Assembly: GCA_002747515.1 (NCBI GenBank)
Contig: PDPP01000018.1
Span: 21,751-85,750 of the forward strand
From: Candidatus Moraniibacteriota bacterium
GTDB lineage: Bacteria; Patescibacteriota; Minisyncoccia; Moranbacterales; GCA-2747515
Reading direction: 5' to 3'
DNA length: 64,000 bases
Position numbers and translations under genes: made by a program. This document shows positions 10,381 to 19,749 of this stretch, piece by piece. Numbering within the stretch: the stretch's first letter is position 1; the number at the start of each line of letters is the position of its first letter. A model generated the notes under the pieces. The model was not told the DNA's origin. It searched no databases and saw only the letters and a list, made by a program, of their open reading frames with translations.

Positions 10381-10998
10381 CTATATTTTACCCACAAGTT
10401 TAATGCCTGGTTTTAATGTTTTATTACCTGGCTTCCATTTTGCAGGACATACCTGACCTTTATTAGTCTCCACAAATTGCGCTGCCTGAATTTTGCGGAT
10501 CAATTCATCAGCATCACGTCCTATGTTATTATCATGTACTTCCATTGCTTTCAACTCACCTTTAGAATTGATGATAAATGTACCACGAAGTGCAAGACCT
10601 TCTTCTTGAATATACACACCAAAATCACGACATAATTGCCCCGTAGGATCTGCTGCCATTGGAAATTTCACTTTTGCAATTGTTTCAGAAGCATCTTGCC
10701 ATGCTTTGTGTGTAAAAACTGTATCAGTAGACACACTCACCACCTCTACACCCATCTTTTTGAGTTTTGCATATGCTTCTGCTAAATCTTCCAACTCCGT
10801 TGGACAAACAAATGTAAAATCAGCTGGATAGAAAAATAACACAACCCACTTGTCCTTATATAATTTTGAAAGCTTCGTCTTTGTAAACTTGTTTTTGTGA
10901 TACACTTCAAATTCACGATCAATTACTTTCTCGCCAATTACTGGCTGATTATTGAAACATGCATCAAGACACATTACATCATCCTCATATTTTTTCAT
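10381..10998 (-). CDS. ahpC: 2-Cys peroxiredoxin (AhpC/Prx1 family)
   Basis: FTFVCPTEL peroxidatic Cys motif and C-terminal resolving Cys (VCPAKW). Confidence 0.85.
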   Translation of the reverse strand: MKKYEDDVMCLDACFNNQPVIGEKVIDREFEVYHKNKFTKTKLSKLYKDKWVVLFFYPADFTFVCPTELEDLAEAYAKLKKMGVEVVSVSTDTVFTHKAWQDASETIAKVKFPMAADPTGQLCRDFGVYIQEEGLALRGTFIINSKGELKAMEVHDNNIGRDADELIRKIQAAQFVETNKGQVCPAKWKPGNKTLKPGIKLVGKI

Positions 10999-11132
10999 AA
11001 TAATTTATTTAATAATTATAATTCAGATAGTTAATTGTAGCACTGTCTCACATTGAGTCAATGCCACTACTTGTATTTAAAAAATATAAAAATATACTAT
11101 ATATAGTATGTTTTTTATTTATGTATATTTTT

Positions 11133-11936
11133 TCATATTCCAAAAAGTTTTTTTGTATTTTCTGCAGTACTTTCAATTACTTGTTCCACAGCAATTTCTT
11201 TTATTTGTGCAATTTTATCTGCTACAAACCACACATCTCGCGGCTCACACCGATTCTCACGTGGTAAAGGACGTGGTGGTAGGTATGGTGCATCTGTTTC
11301 AATCAACACATCTCCCAAATTAATATTACGTATCAACTTTTCATATGATTCTCCATACGTCACAATTCCATTAAGACCAATTTTATATCCTAATGCTATA
11401 AATTTTTGTGCATTTTTCCAACTTCCAATATAACTATGAATTACACCTTTTTGATTTACAGGAAATTCCGTCAATATTTCTAAAATTTCCGCATATCCAT
11501 CCCAACAATGAATCACAATTGGTTTATCCACTTCATTACACACATGAATAAACTGTTTCAATATTTCCACTTGTTTTGCTTTAATCGCCTCAATATCATC
11601 CTCGTCAGAAAAATGATGATAATCCAAACCCACTTCACCAATTGCTACAACACATTTACTTTTTGCTAGTGTTACATATGTATCATAATCAAATTCTTCT
11701 ACATATTCCTCTTCTTTGGCACAATCTGTCGTTTCAAATAAATGCAGTGGATGTAATCCCACTGTTGCATAAATCATGTCATATTCCTGTGCAAGTGCAA
11801 TTGCCTCCTGTGATGTATGATAATTTGTCCCAATCGTAATAATATGAGACACACCATTTTCTTTTGCACGTTTCACTACATCCTCCCTATCATCATCAAA
11901 TTTTGTATCGTGTATATGTGCATGTGAATCAATCAT
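11133..11936 (-). CDS. tatD: TatD-family metal-dependent deoxyribonuclease/hydrolase
   Basis: N-terminal MIDSHAHI His-His motif and TIM-barrel TatD length (267 aa). Confidence 0.8.
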   Translation of the reverse strand: MIDSHAHIHDTKFDDDREDVVKRAKENGVSHIITIGTNYHTSQEAIALAQEYDMIYATVGLHPLHLFETTDCAKEEEYVEEFDYDTYVTLAKSKCVVAIGEVGLDYHHFSDEDDIEAIKAKQVEILKQFIHVCNEVDKPIVIHCWDGYAEILEILTEFPVNQKGVIHSYIGSWKNAQKFIALGYKIGLNGIVTYGESYEKLIRNINLGDVLIETDAPYLPPRPLPRENRCEPRDVWFVADKIAQIKEIAVEQVIESTAENTKKLFGI

Positions 11937-12075
11937 AGTTTTTATAATATATTTTTAATTAATATTCTATAACATTATAACTGTATATTACATATTATAT
12001 AAAATAAATATTGACTTTTATATATTATTTGATAAACTTAATTTCGGCTTAAAAATCAACTATGGAGACTATAAA

Positions 12076-12537
12076 ATGAGAGATGTGCCAAATGTTCTTA
12101 TTAAAGGTTCTGATGATGTTACTGAACAAAAAGAGTTTCGTGAATTTGTCATAAAAAAAGCAAAAACAAATTATGTCGTAGTAATCTGCGACAGTAAAAA
12201 AAAAATTAACTTTACACTCGAAGCAGCTGGCTTTGAAATACAATTTGACGAACTTGGTCGCAGAATAAATACAACATTAAATGAACGCATGATTATACGC
12301 AATATTTTAGAGCATGAAGAAAAAATTCTTCAAGATGCTTTTGTCGGAAAAGGTATTGTTGTAAAAGCGCCCATTCTCTATGCAGGATCAGTTCTATGTC
12401 CCATTGATGGAAATGATTTAGTAAAATCTTATGAAGTAGGATTTGAAGAAGTGTTTGTATTTACCACAAAAGAACAAGCAACACAACAAAGCTACATATT
12501 CAGAAAATACCCAAAAATACAAGTTTTTGGGATTTGA
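12076..12537 (+). CDS. Hypothetical protein (153 aa), no recognisable domain
   Basis: Clean ORF with plausible codon usage, ends at a bidirectional terminator. Confidence 0.5.
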   Translation: MRDVPNVLIKGSDDVTEQKEFREFVIKKAKTNYVVVICDSKKKINFTLEAAGFEIQFDELGRRINTTLNERMIIRNILEHEEKILQDAFVGKGIVVKAPILYAGSVLCPIDGNDLVKSYEVGFEEVFVFTTKEQATQQSYIFRKYPKIQVFGI

Positions 12538-12560
12538 CATAATCATTTTCCATAAAAATA

Positions 12561-12593
12561 AAAAGGGCTAGTAAAAAATTTATCAGCCCTTTT
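12561..12593. terminator. Bidirectional intrinsic terminator (9-bp stem AAAAGGGCT/AGCCCTTTT flanked by A-run and T-run)
   Basis: Perfect inverted repeat with poly-T on both strands, between convergent genes 12076..12537(+) and 12632..13033(-). Confidence 0.6.
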
Positions 12594-12601
12594 ACATTTC
12601 C

Positions 12602-12633
12602 AACACTATCATACTACGTAGTATGATAGTGTT
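12602..12633. repeat. Perfect 32-nt palindrome AACACTATCATACTACGTAGTATGATAGTGTT (copy 1, overlaps stop of yerC-like gene)
   Basis: Exact reverse-complement symmetry. Identical copy at 25790..25821. Variant with same ATACTACGTAGTAT core at 13057..13088. Confidence 0.9.
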
Positions 12634-13033
12634 ACATGTCAAATAGATCTTTTATTGCCTGTAATTGTCCATATCTATCAAAAATATTTCTGTAGTACTT
12701 TTTAGAATATTGTTTATTTTTCTTTTTGGTATTATCTTTAAAATATTTTTTTAAACATGCATCATCATCAAATACACGTCGAGCAACTGCAGAAATTGTC
12801 GTTTCGCTAACATGCAACTTTTGACTAATTTCTCTATAACTTTTTTCTTTTAAAAGCATTTTTGCAATTTGTACACGTCGTGATACCATGAGCAATTCAC
12901 TTGAAGAAAGCAAATCAACTAAAAAGGTTGTGACATCGTCTTTTCTTTTTAAATCAGAAATTGCATCAAAAAATTCTCCTACCATCTGTTTCCGTTCTTT
13001 TTCAGTTAAATCTTTTAATTGTAATCTTGCCAT
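12632..13033 (-). CDS. YerC/YecD-like TrpR-family DNA-binding protein
   Basis: 133 aa. The segment LLSSSELLMVSRRVQIAKMLLKEKSYREISQKLHVSETTISAVARRV matches the Trp-repressor-like helix-turn-helix fold of YerC/YecD proteins. Confidence 0.65.
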   Translation of the reverse strand: MARLQLKDLTEKERKQMVGEFFDAISDLKRKDDVTTFLVDLLSSSELLMVSRRVQIAKMLLKEKSYREISQKLHVSETTISAVARRVFDDDACLKKYFKDNTKKKNKQYSKKYYRNIFDRYGQLQAIKDLFDM

Positions 13034-13056
13034 AATTTTTAAAATATAAAAAAATT

Positions 13057-13088
13057 ATCACTACTATACTACGTAGTATAGTAGTGAT
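13057..13088. promoter_or_regulatory. Perfect 32-nt palindrome ATCACTACTATACTACGTAGTATAGTAGTGAT in the promoter region of the yerC-like gene (candidate operator)
   Basis: Lies 24 nt upstream of start codon at 13033. Shares the 14-nt core ATACTACGTAGTAT with the other two palindromes. Confidence 0.5.
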
Positions 13089-13278
13089 TAAATTTATAAT
13101 CAATAGAAATGTTCTAGTAATTAAAAATAGTTTTTTTGCATTCAAACGTATGAATCAGAAAAATGTCCCTCTTACAATGGTAATAAGCGTATAAAAAAAG
13201 ATACCAATGAATTTATCTATTTTTTATTTCTTTACTTATATTAAAATTAATATACCAAATTATCAAAAAGTAAAAAAT

Positions 13279-14550
13279 TTACAACCGAGCTTTATAATTT
13301 TCTGCCCAATACAGAACTTTTTTTCCATAATCAACGCATACACGACGTCCAATATTTCCACCACAATAATATCGTCGCGCAGCATCAAATTCACCACTCT
13401 TTTTACCTGCACCATCATTTTTTAATTTAATTGCCATCGCCATTACACCATCTGTAAGACTCCATGGATCAGCTGGTGAATGTCCCGTATATTTTTCAAT
13501 CTTTGATTCATATCCAGTCCATGTTGTTGGCATGAACTGCGCAACACCCATTGCACCACCAATTCCATAACTCAACGGACATGACACCTTTTTCTTTTTA
13601 TAATTATAATCAAGATCCTTGCAAATTCGCTTAAAAATCTTTTTATTTGCATCCCCCATCTTACTCTCTTTATATGTGCAACCTCCTGTATAGCGACCTA
13701 AATTGGTTTCCACTACAAGCATACCTAGTATAAAACTTTTTCGTACTCCTGTTTTTTTACTTGCAAATTTTGCTGCATCCACTATATCATCTGTATCAAA
13801 ACTCTCGCCCAACAAAGCAGAAAGCTTTCCCTCTACTGCCGACAATTTTGCATTAAGTTCAGCTACTGACATATCAACTTTGATAATTTCTGTTTGAACA
13901 GCAACTGATTGTGCTAGTAAATCTGATTCTGTTTTTTTATGCTCTGCAAGAAGTTTTTCTTTTTCTTTTTTCAAATTCTCTAACTCTAACTTTTTTTGTT
14001 CCTGCAGTTCCTTTGCATTTAACACTTGATTTACCGTAACTATAATCTGTTTACGTAAATGATCTAAGCTATCCGTTGTATCAAGAAAACGTACAGATCC
14101 CTCATCCTCTAAAACTGAGGAGATTGAGCGATTATTTTGCGCAAAATAAAATTTTCTCATTGCCTCTGAAAGAGATTTTTTATAAAGCAAAGTTTGATCT
14201 TCTAGCGATGAAATCTGTGCATTATGCCTTTCGATGTCCTTTTCTTTTTCTTCGATATCTTTGATTACATCATCAATTGTGCGCTTTGTTGCGCCAAGAT
14301 TCTTTTTTACTACATTTAAATTTCCTTGAAGAGCCGCCTTTTCTTTTTCTTTTTTCTCAATCTTTTTCTCATATTTTTCTTTTTTTTCTTCGTATTTTTC
14401 TTCTTTTTCTTCACATTTCTTTTTTTCTTCTTCGGTCAAATCATCGTTACAATTAGCAAAAGCAAAATTTTGATATACAAAACTCATGCTCACAAATATC
14501 ATTATGAGAAAAGCAGGAAAAATTGCTTGTAAAACTTTTTTCATTTTCAT
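13279..14550 (-). CDS. Secreted lytic transglycosylase-like protein (signal peptide, K/E-rich coiled-coil, C-terminal SLT/lysozyme-like domain)
   Basis: C-terminal GVAQFMPTTW motif characteristic of the SLT domain. Start set at MKMKKVLQAIFPAFLIM (signal peptide), not the longer ORF start at 14625. Confidence 0.6.
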   Translation of the reverse strand: MKMKKVLQAIFPAFLIMIFVSMSFVYQNFAFANCNDDLTEEEKKKCEEKEEKYEEKKEKYEKKIEKKEKEKAALQGNLNVVKKNLGATKRTIDDVIKDIEEKEKDIERHNAQISSLEDQTLLYKKSLSEAMRKFYFAQNNRSISSVLEDEGSVRFLDTTDSLDHLRKQIIVTVNQVLNAKELQEQKKLELENLKKEKEKLLAEHKKTESDLLAQSVAVQTEIIKVDMSVAELNAKLSAVEGKLSALLGESFDTDDIVDAAKFASKKTGVRKSFILGMLVVETNLGRYTGGCTYKESKMGDANKKIFKRICKDLDYNYKKKKVSCPLSYGIGGAMGVAQFMPTTWTGYESKIEKYTGHSPADPWSLTDGVMAMAIKLKNDGAGKKSGEFDAARRYYCGGNIGRRVCVDYGKKVLYWAENYKARL

Positions 14551-14634
14551 AACATAACAATTGTACCATAAAAGCACATCAAAAAAAACCGACATAAAAT
14601 CGGCTTTTTTAAAGTACATATTCACATTTTCAAA

Positions 14635-15312
14635 CTATTCTTTCTTTTCTTCATTTTCTTCTTCTTCATCCTCTTTATCAGCTACACCCTCAATTTTTGA
14701 CACGTCTGCATCCACATCATCATCAAGTGCTGCAATTTCCTCTTCTGATCGCGGCTCTATCACAGAAGCAATAACTGCATCCATCTCAACCATCAATTCT
14801 ACTTCATCTCCTACAGAAATATCTGCAACAGTGATATTATCTTCAAATGTCGCTAATTTTGTGAGATCCACTTCAATCTCCTGTGGAAGATCCCCAGGAA
14901 GAGACTTTACCAAAACAGCATCATAACTTTTCACAAGCGTACCACCAAGCTCCTTTACAGCAGCAGAAACACCCACAAAATTTAATGGAATTTCTGCTTC
15001 CACTTCTTGTTTCATATCAACAAGATATAAATCGACATGTGTAAAATCATTAGTAATTGCATCAACCTGATACTCATAAATCAATACATTCAATTCTTTT
15101 TTTTCACCTTCTATAGAAAGAGATATAACCGTATTTGTTCCAGCTTGTGCAAAAACTTTTGCAAACGCAACGGAATCAATCCATAAGTTCTGCGAATCAA
15201 AATCTCTTCCATAAATAACAGCTGGAATATTTTTTTGTGTTGCTGCGCGCATTTTTTTACCAGTTTCTTCACGTTTTTTCGCACTTAGTACGATTTTTTC
15301 CAGATTCATCAT
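14635..15312 (-). CDS. rplY: 50S ribosomal protein L25 / general stress protein Ctc, with acidic C-terminal tail
   Basis: 225 aa. N-terminal L25 beta-barrel motif (KKREETGKKMRAATQKNIPAVIYG), C-terminal EEEENEEKKE tail. Confidence 0.8.
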   Translation of the reverse strand: MMNLEKIVLSAKKREETGKKMRAATQKNIPAVIYGRDFDSQNLWIDSVAFAKVFAQAGTNTVISLSIEGEKKELNVLIYEYQVDAITNDFTHVDLYLVDMKQEVEAEIPLNFVGVSAAVKELGGTLVKSYDAVLVKSLPGDLPQEIEVDLTKLATFEDNITVADISVGDEVELMVEMDAVIASVIEPRSEEEIAALDDDVDADVSKIEGVADKEDEEEENEEKKE

Positions 15313-15428
15313 AAAAATATTATTAAAATCAATTATAGAATATAAACATGTACATTTTGATGCATTTCATGACAAAGTCCAACTTAAAAAAGAAGAAAAA
15401 TACAAACTAAATGTAAACATGTACATGT

Positions 15429-15752
15429 TTAGAACATTTCACTTGCATAGCCATCATAATTACTCAGATAGTCATGTACAGCAATCACATCATTATCAGA
15501 AATGATATTTAAATCAAAAAATTGTTTTGCTTCAATCGGTGTTGTGTCCGTTAAAACACCCACAGTCATAAGACCTGCATCATTTTGTGATACAAAGATC
15601 ATCGCTGCTCCTGCACATTTTTTGCAAGATATATGCACAATCGTTCGTTCCTCATCATATCCAAGTGGCACATACGACAAATTCTCACGCTGTGCACCAC
15701 ACACCGGACATTTTTGAGGGATTACACGGTCATGTTCTCGTGAAAAGTCCAT
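15429..15752 (-). CDS. Small zinc-ribbon protein (two CxxC pairs)
   Basis: MDFSREHDRVIPQKCPVCG...CKKCAG. The long ORF extends further upstream, but that N-terminal part is low-complexity. Start chosen at MDFS (ATG 15750-15752). Confidence 0.45.
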   Translation of the reverse strand: MDFSREHDRVIPQKCPVCGAQRENLSYVPLGYDEERTIVHISCKKCAGAAMIFVSQNDAGLMTVGVLTDTTPIEAKQFFDLNIISDNDVIAVHDYLSNYDGYASEMF

Positions 15753-15836
15753 AAAATGTATACTAGTATAAAAAGTGAAAAAAATCAAGCGAAAATTCAA
15801 AATACTACAATGTCTACACAATCTCCCTACCTTCTC

Positions 15837-15865
15837 TGGACAAAAAACACAACCAATGCTACAAT
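15837..15865 (+). promoter_or_regulatory. Candidate sigma70-type promoter (TGGACA -17 nt- TACAAT) for the 15946..16631 two-gene cassette
   Basis: Near-consensus -35/-10 hexamers with 17-nt spacer, followed by a roughly 75-nt leader and a GGAGG SD. Confidence 0.35.
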
Positions 15866-15945
15866 CACCAGTCTATATATGCGTCATCAAAAACGCTACG
15901 TGACACGATAGTTTATGTTATTTTAACAATTCACATGGAGGAAAC

Positions 15946-16290
15946 ATGCCACTCATTCAACTGTATTACAATGAAGAGAAAATAGGTGAAAAAAATTTAA
16001 CATTTTTAGTAAAAGTTGTGCACAACATTGTGTGTACCACAATGAATGTAAAAAAAGATGCCGGAAAAATTTTCACATCAAAGGTCTCCGCACATGATTT
16101 AAATGTTCCTGATATCACTGTCAATGTCTTCATGCATCCATATGAAGATAGAATACGTAACAGAGAACAGATAGTAAACGCAGTTTCTACTAGCATCATA
16201 AACTACACACAAAGTTATGAGATGCAAGATATCTCACATTTAGTGCATATTGTATTTGCAGAGATAGAAACCGCATTTGTTAAACGATAG
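15946..16290 (+). CDS. Putative tautomerase-superfamily protein (Pro-1 after Met; MPLIQLYY...)
   Basis: N-terminal MP-[hydrophobic]-x-[hydrophobic] beta-strand then helix pattern like 4-oxalocrotonate tautomerase/MIF. 114 aa suggests a fused double beta-alpha-beta. Strong SD GGAGG. Confidence 0.4.
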   Translation: MPLIQLYYNEEKIGEKNLTFLVKVVHNIVCTTMNVKKDAGKIFTSKVSAHDLNVPDITVNVFMHPYEDRIRNREQIVNAVSTSIINYTQSYEMQDISHLVHIVFAEIETAFVKR

Positions 16291-16301
16291 GAGGTAGCTA
16301 T

Positions 16302-16631
16302 ATGCTTACCGTAAAAACATGGTGTTTACCAGCAGATCTCACAGAAGAACAGTTGCAAGAATTGCATAACGCAATCGTATGCGCCGTTACGAGTGTCCCA
16401 GAGACTAGAGTGTCTTCAGAAAATGACATGCTCAATCTCTTTCCTGAAGATAAAATGCGTTATGGATTGGGCACAGAGATACTTGTAGAAATTACTGGAT
16501 GCACTTGTTCACACCCAGCCCGCATGAAATTAATGCAAGCTGTGGGAAAAGTTGTGAAATCCCTTTTCCCACAAGCACATGTCACCTGTACTGCCACTTC
16601 GATAGAATTTTTCGGCAGTTGGTCATCATAA
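16302..16631 (+). CDS. Hypothetical protein, possible tautomerase-like beta-alpha-beta fold lacking Pro-1
   Basis: 109 aa, SD AGGAGG, 11-nt spacing after the upstream gene (operon). Two beta-alpha-beta-like segments. Confidence 0.4.
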   Translation: MLTVKTWCLPADLTEEQLQELHNAIVCAVTSVPETRVSSENDMLNLFPEDKMRYGLGTEILVEITGCTCSHPARMKLMQAVGKVVKSLFPQAHVTCTATSIEFFGSWSS

Positions 16632-16710
16632 ATCACTACAGAGCACTTATGAAATCTTCATAAGTGCTCTTTTTTCATATCATTTTTTCGTATTATCACA
16701 TAATACAATA

Positions 16711-17820
16711 TTAGTATGATTCAATATAGTTTTTCATCGTTACTTCACGTCTGAGGTAAACACTCATAACCAGTCCGCATCCAATGAGAAAACTTACCAG
16801 CGAGCTTCCGCCATAACTTACAAGTGGTAAAGGAATACCCGTTACTGGCATCACACCAATATTCATACCCACATTAATCAAAACATGAATAAGGAAAAAT
16901 GCCATCACACCAACAGAAAGAAAATATCCAAAAGCATCACGTGATTGACTTGCGATAAAATAAAATCGTGAAAAAAGAATACTAAACAACACAAGTAATA
17001 TTAAAGAACCAAAAAAACCTGTTGACTCTGCAATTGTCGCAAATATAAAATCTGTATGTTTTTCTGGTAAAAAATCTAATTGAGATTGTGAACCATGTCC
17101 AAATCCTTGACCAAACATGCCTCCATTACCTACAGCAATAATCGACTGAAGCACATTATATCCTGTGCCTTGTGGATCTAATTCTGGATGCAAAAAATTA
17201 ATAATACGTGCTCGTTGATACGGTGCAAAAAGACTCCACGCAATAACAGAAACAACCACACCAACAATAATAAAAGAAAGAAGATATCGTTTCCTAATTC
17301 CAGAGACAAAAATCATGCAAAACCATATACCATAAAGTACAATTGCTGATCCAAAATCTGGTTGTAAAAGAATAAGAAAACTAACAATACTCACCAATAT
17401 AAATGAAATGAAAATTGATGCAAGTTCTCCTAGCTCTCCACGCTTTTCTGAAATAAAATGTGCTAAAAAAATAATCATAAAAATTTTGACAATTTCAACT
17501 GGCTGAAAAGAAACCAGTCCCAAATCTAACCAACCAGATGTACCACGTAATGTCGTACCAAAAAAAAGCGTAACAATAAGAAGTGCTATCGAAAAGAAAT
17601 AAAGATATGTACTATATGAACGAAATATCGTGTAATTCATCAAAGAAAAAAATAAAAAAGCAATAACTCCCACTACAGTATACGTTACATGTCGCGTAAA
17701 CACCTCATTTCCCCCATCTCCATAAAGAAAAATACTTCCAATCGCAACAATACCAAACCCTAATAAAAGAACAATGGTAAAAAAAGTAATAAAATCAAAA
17801 CTAAAAAATTTCTGTATCAT
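16711..17820 (-). CDS. rodA: SEDS-family peptidoglycan glycosyltransferase (RodA/FtsW)
   Basis: 369 aa, 10 TM, conserved PVTGIPLPLVSYGGSSLV motif. Confidence 0.85.
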   Translation of the reverse strand: MIQKFFSFDFITFFTIVLLLGFGIVAIGSIFLYGDGGNEVFTRHVTYTVVGVIAFLFFSLMNYTIFRSYSTYLYFFSIALLIVTLFFGTTLRGTSGWLDLGLVSFQPVEIVKIFMIIFLAHFISEKRGELGELASIFISFILVSIVSFLILLQPDFGSAIVLYGIWFCMIFVSGIRKRYLLSFIIVGVVVSVIAWSLFAPYQRARIINFLHPELDPQGTGYNVLQSIIAVGNGGMFGQGFGHGSQSQLDFLPEKHTDFIFATIAESTGFFGSLILLVLFSILFSRFYFIASQSRDAFGYFLSVGVMAFFLIHVLINVGMNIGVMPVTGIPLPLVSYGGSSLVSFLIGCGLVMSVYLRREVTMKNYIESY

Positions 17821-17915
17821 AAAAAAATTTTACCAATAAATACCACAAAGTCAAAAAAGACCCTGAGAAATACAAGGGTCTATTATATAAAAAGAACATT
17901 TGTGTAAAATATTTC

Positions 17916-18746
17916 TCATTCATTTTCTGAACCAAGTTCCTGATAACGTCCTCCAGGTAAATATTTCTTCATAAAGTTCGATGAATCAAATACATTTGTT
18001 TCTGCTTGCATTTCAGAATTTTTGATAGTTCCTGGAAATTCATGCGGCCAATTAAGAACAAATTCTCTTTGTGTATCTGCATCAAGTGTTCGTTGTACAG
18101 TTTTATTTGCCGCAATCGGAACGCCACGCTCATCAAAAATGATTACATTAATCCCGACATTATGAAAGTCAAATGAACTCTCATTTGAAACAATGCCAAA
18201 TGCCTGTGCATAATCAGAGCCTCTCTCAACAAGTCCAACTTTTTGATTTTTTACAAGAATTTGAGGGCTTTCAAAATTTGTAAATTTCACCCAATCAACT
18301 CTCTCAATCGTTGTTTCCACCTTTACTGGTTGTGCTGCTGTTTCCAAACCTATTTCCACAAGATATTTATTTTCATTTGGCAAAATAAAAGTCTCACCAC
18401 TACGTGTATCCAACACATCACCGCCACTGCCAATAATCTCAATAGTATAAAATACTTTTTCACCACCAAAAAGTGCATTTGGATTATGTAAACTTGCTAC
18501 TACATCATATTTCATTTCACCCCCATAAATCACATGAGAATCTTTTACAATCAAATTCTTTCCTGTTAATTCTACCTCACATGTAGCACAAGGTCCCCCA
18601 CAATCAATCCCTTCTTCACCCTGATTTTGTTTTCCATCGCTACATGTTGGATCTGAAATAATTATGGAAAAAACAAGAGAAATAAAAACTAAAAACATTA
18701 TCGCAAAAACCGTAATAATTGTTATGCGTTTTTTTTGTCTATTCAT
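17916..18746 (-). CDS. Membrane-anchored extracytoplasmic hypothetical protein with Cys-rich N-proximal segment
   Basis: N-terminal TM helix, then CSDGKQNQGEEGIDCGGPCATCE. Upstream of rodA on the same strand. Confidence 0.5.
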   Translation of the reverse strand: MNRQKKRITIITVFAIMFLVFISLVFSIIISDPTCSDGKQNQGEEGIDCGGPCATCEVELTGKNLIVKDSHVIYGGEMKYDVVASLHNPNALFGGEKVFYTIEIIGSGGDVLDTRSGETFILPNENKYLVEIGLETAAQPVKVETTIERVDWVKFTNFESPQILVKNQKVGLVERGSDYAQAFGIVSNESSFDFHNVGINVIIFDERGVPIAANKTVQRTLDADTQREFVLNWPHEFPGTIKNSEMQAETNVFDSSNFMKKYLPGGRYQELGSENE

Positions 18747-18804
18747 AAAATTAGAAAAAAATTATCTATCACATCATTATTATATCGCATAAATCATAAA
18801 AAAT

Positions 18805-18836
18805 AAAAAAATCAACAATATTATTGTTGATTTTTA
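18805..18836. terminator. Bidirectional intrinsic terminator (ATCAACAAT/ATTGTTGAT stem, A/T-run flanks)
   Basis: Perfect 9-bp stem, 3-nt loop, poly-T on both strands. Downstream of korB. Confidence 0.55.
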
Positions 18837-18869
18837 AAAAATATCTTACAAAAATCGAAAAATCAAAAT

Positions 18870-19745
18870 TTATTTTTGTGAAGCTAAAAGTGCACTGCGA
18901 ATTGAACAATTGATTCCACGCCTATGTAATGGTCGTTTATCCACCCCATAAACTCCAACTGATTCTTCAAATACTTTTCTCTTATCATTTTTATAAAACA
19001 CACCAAGTCCAAAAAATTCTTCTTCGATTGATCGTGTGAATGCCGAAATTTTATCTGTCGGATCATGATTTTCCAAATAATATGTTTTTTCTTTAAACCA
19101 TTGATATGTATTCACCTTATTAAAAACAACACAAGGTTGAAAAATATCCACGAGAGAAAACCCCTTATGATCAATAGCTTGTGCAATAATATCTTGCATC
19201 TCATGCACATCACCTGCATTTGCACGTGCAACAAACGGCGCATCAAGCGATATTGCTAATGCAAGAGGATTAATCGGTTCATCATACACTCCTTGTGGTT
19301 GTACAGGCGTAATAAGACCGATTTCTGACGTCGGTGATGCTTGTCCTTTTGTTAAACCATAAATCATGTTGTTGTGCACGATTACTGTGATATCTGGATT
19401 GCGCCGAATGGTATGAATTAAATGATTGCCCCCTTCTCCATACACATCACCATCACCACTCGTCACAATTACTGTTTGCTGTGGATTTGCCGCTTTGATC
19501 CCTGTCGCTACTGGCAATGCTCGACCATGAAGACCATTAAAATAATTACATCGAATATATTGTGGTAATTTTGCTGCCTGACCAATTCCTGATACAAAAG
19601 TAATGTCTTTTGGTGCAATATCTTTTTCTTGCAAAACTTTTTTTACTGTCTGTAATATAGGGAAATTTCCACACCCTGGACACCATTGATTATCAATTGA
19701 CTTTGGCATATCAAAATTTTGTTTTTGTCTAGCTGCTGTAATCAT
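18870..19745 (-). CDS. korB: 2-oxoacid:ferredoxin oxidoreductase beta subunit (TPP-binding; KorB/OforB)
   Basis: [11 protein letters not shown]-terminal Cys motif and GDG TPP-binding region. Confidence 0.8.
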   Translation of the reverse strand: MITAARQKQNFDMPKSIDNQWCPGCGNFPILQTVKKVLQEKDIAPKDITFVSGIGQAAKLPQYIRCNYFNGLHGRALPVATGIKAANPQQTVIVTSGDGDVYGEGGNHLIHTIRRNPDITVIVHNNMIYGLTKGQASPTSEIGLITPVQPQGVYDEPINPLALAISLDAPFVARANAGDVHEMQDIIAQAIDHKGFSLVDIFQPCVVFNKVNTYQWFKEKTYYLENHDPTDKISAFTRSIEEEFFGLGVFYKNDKRKVFEESVGVYGVDKRPLHRRGINCSIRSALLASQK

Positions 19746-19749
19746 AGTT

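Noticed and set aside
14326-14532. 68-aa ORF rich in poly-Phe
   Set aside because: Antisense to the K/E-rich coiled-coil coding region of the lytic transglycosylase gene; poly-F is the complement of poly-K/E codons.
14551-14625. Upstream extension of ORF 13279..14625 (MNMYFKKADFMSVFFDVLLWYNCYV)
   Set aside because: Precedes a canonical signal peptide (MKMKKVLQAIFPAFLIM). The extension overlaps the terminator-like hairpin after rplY; start moved to 14550.
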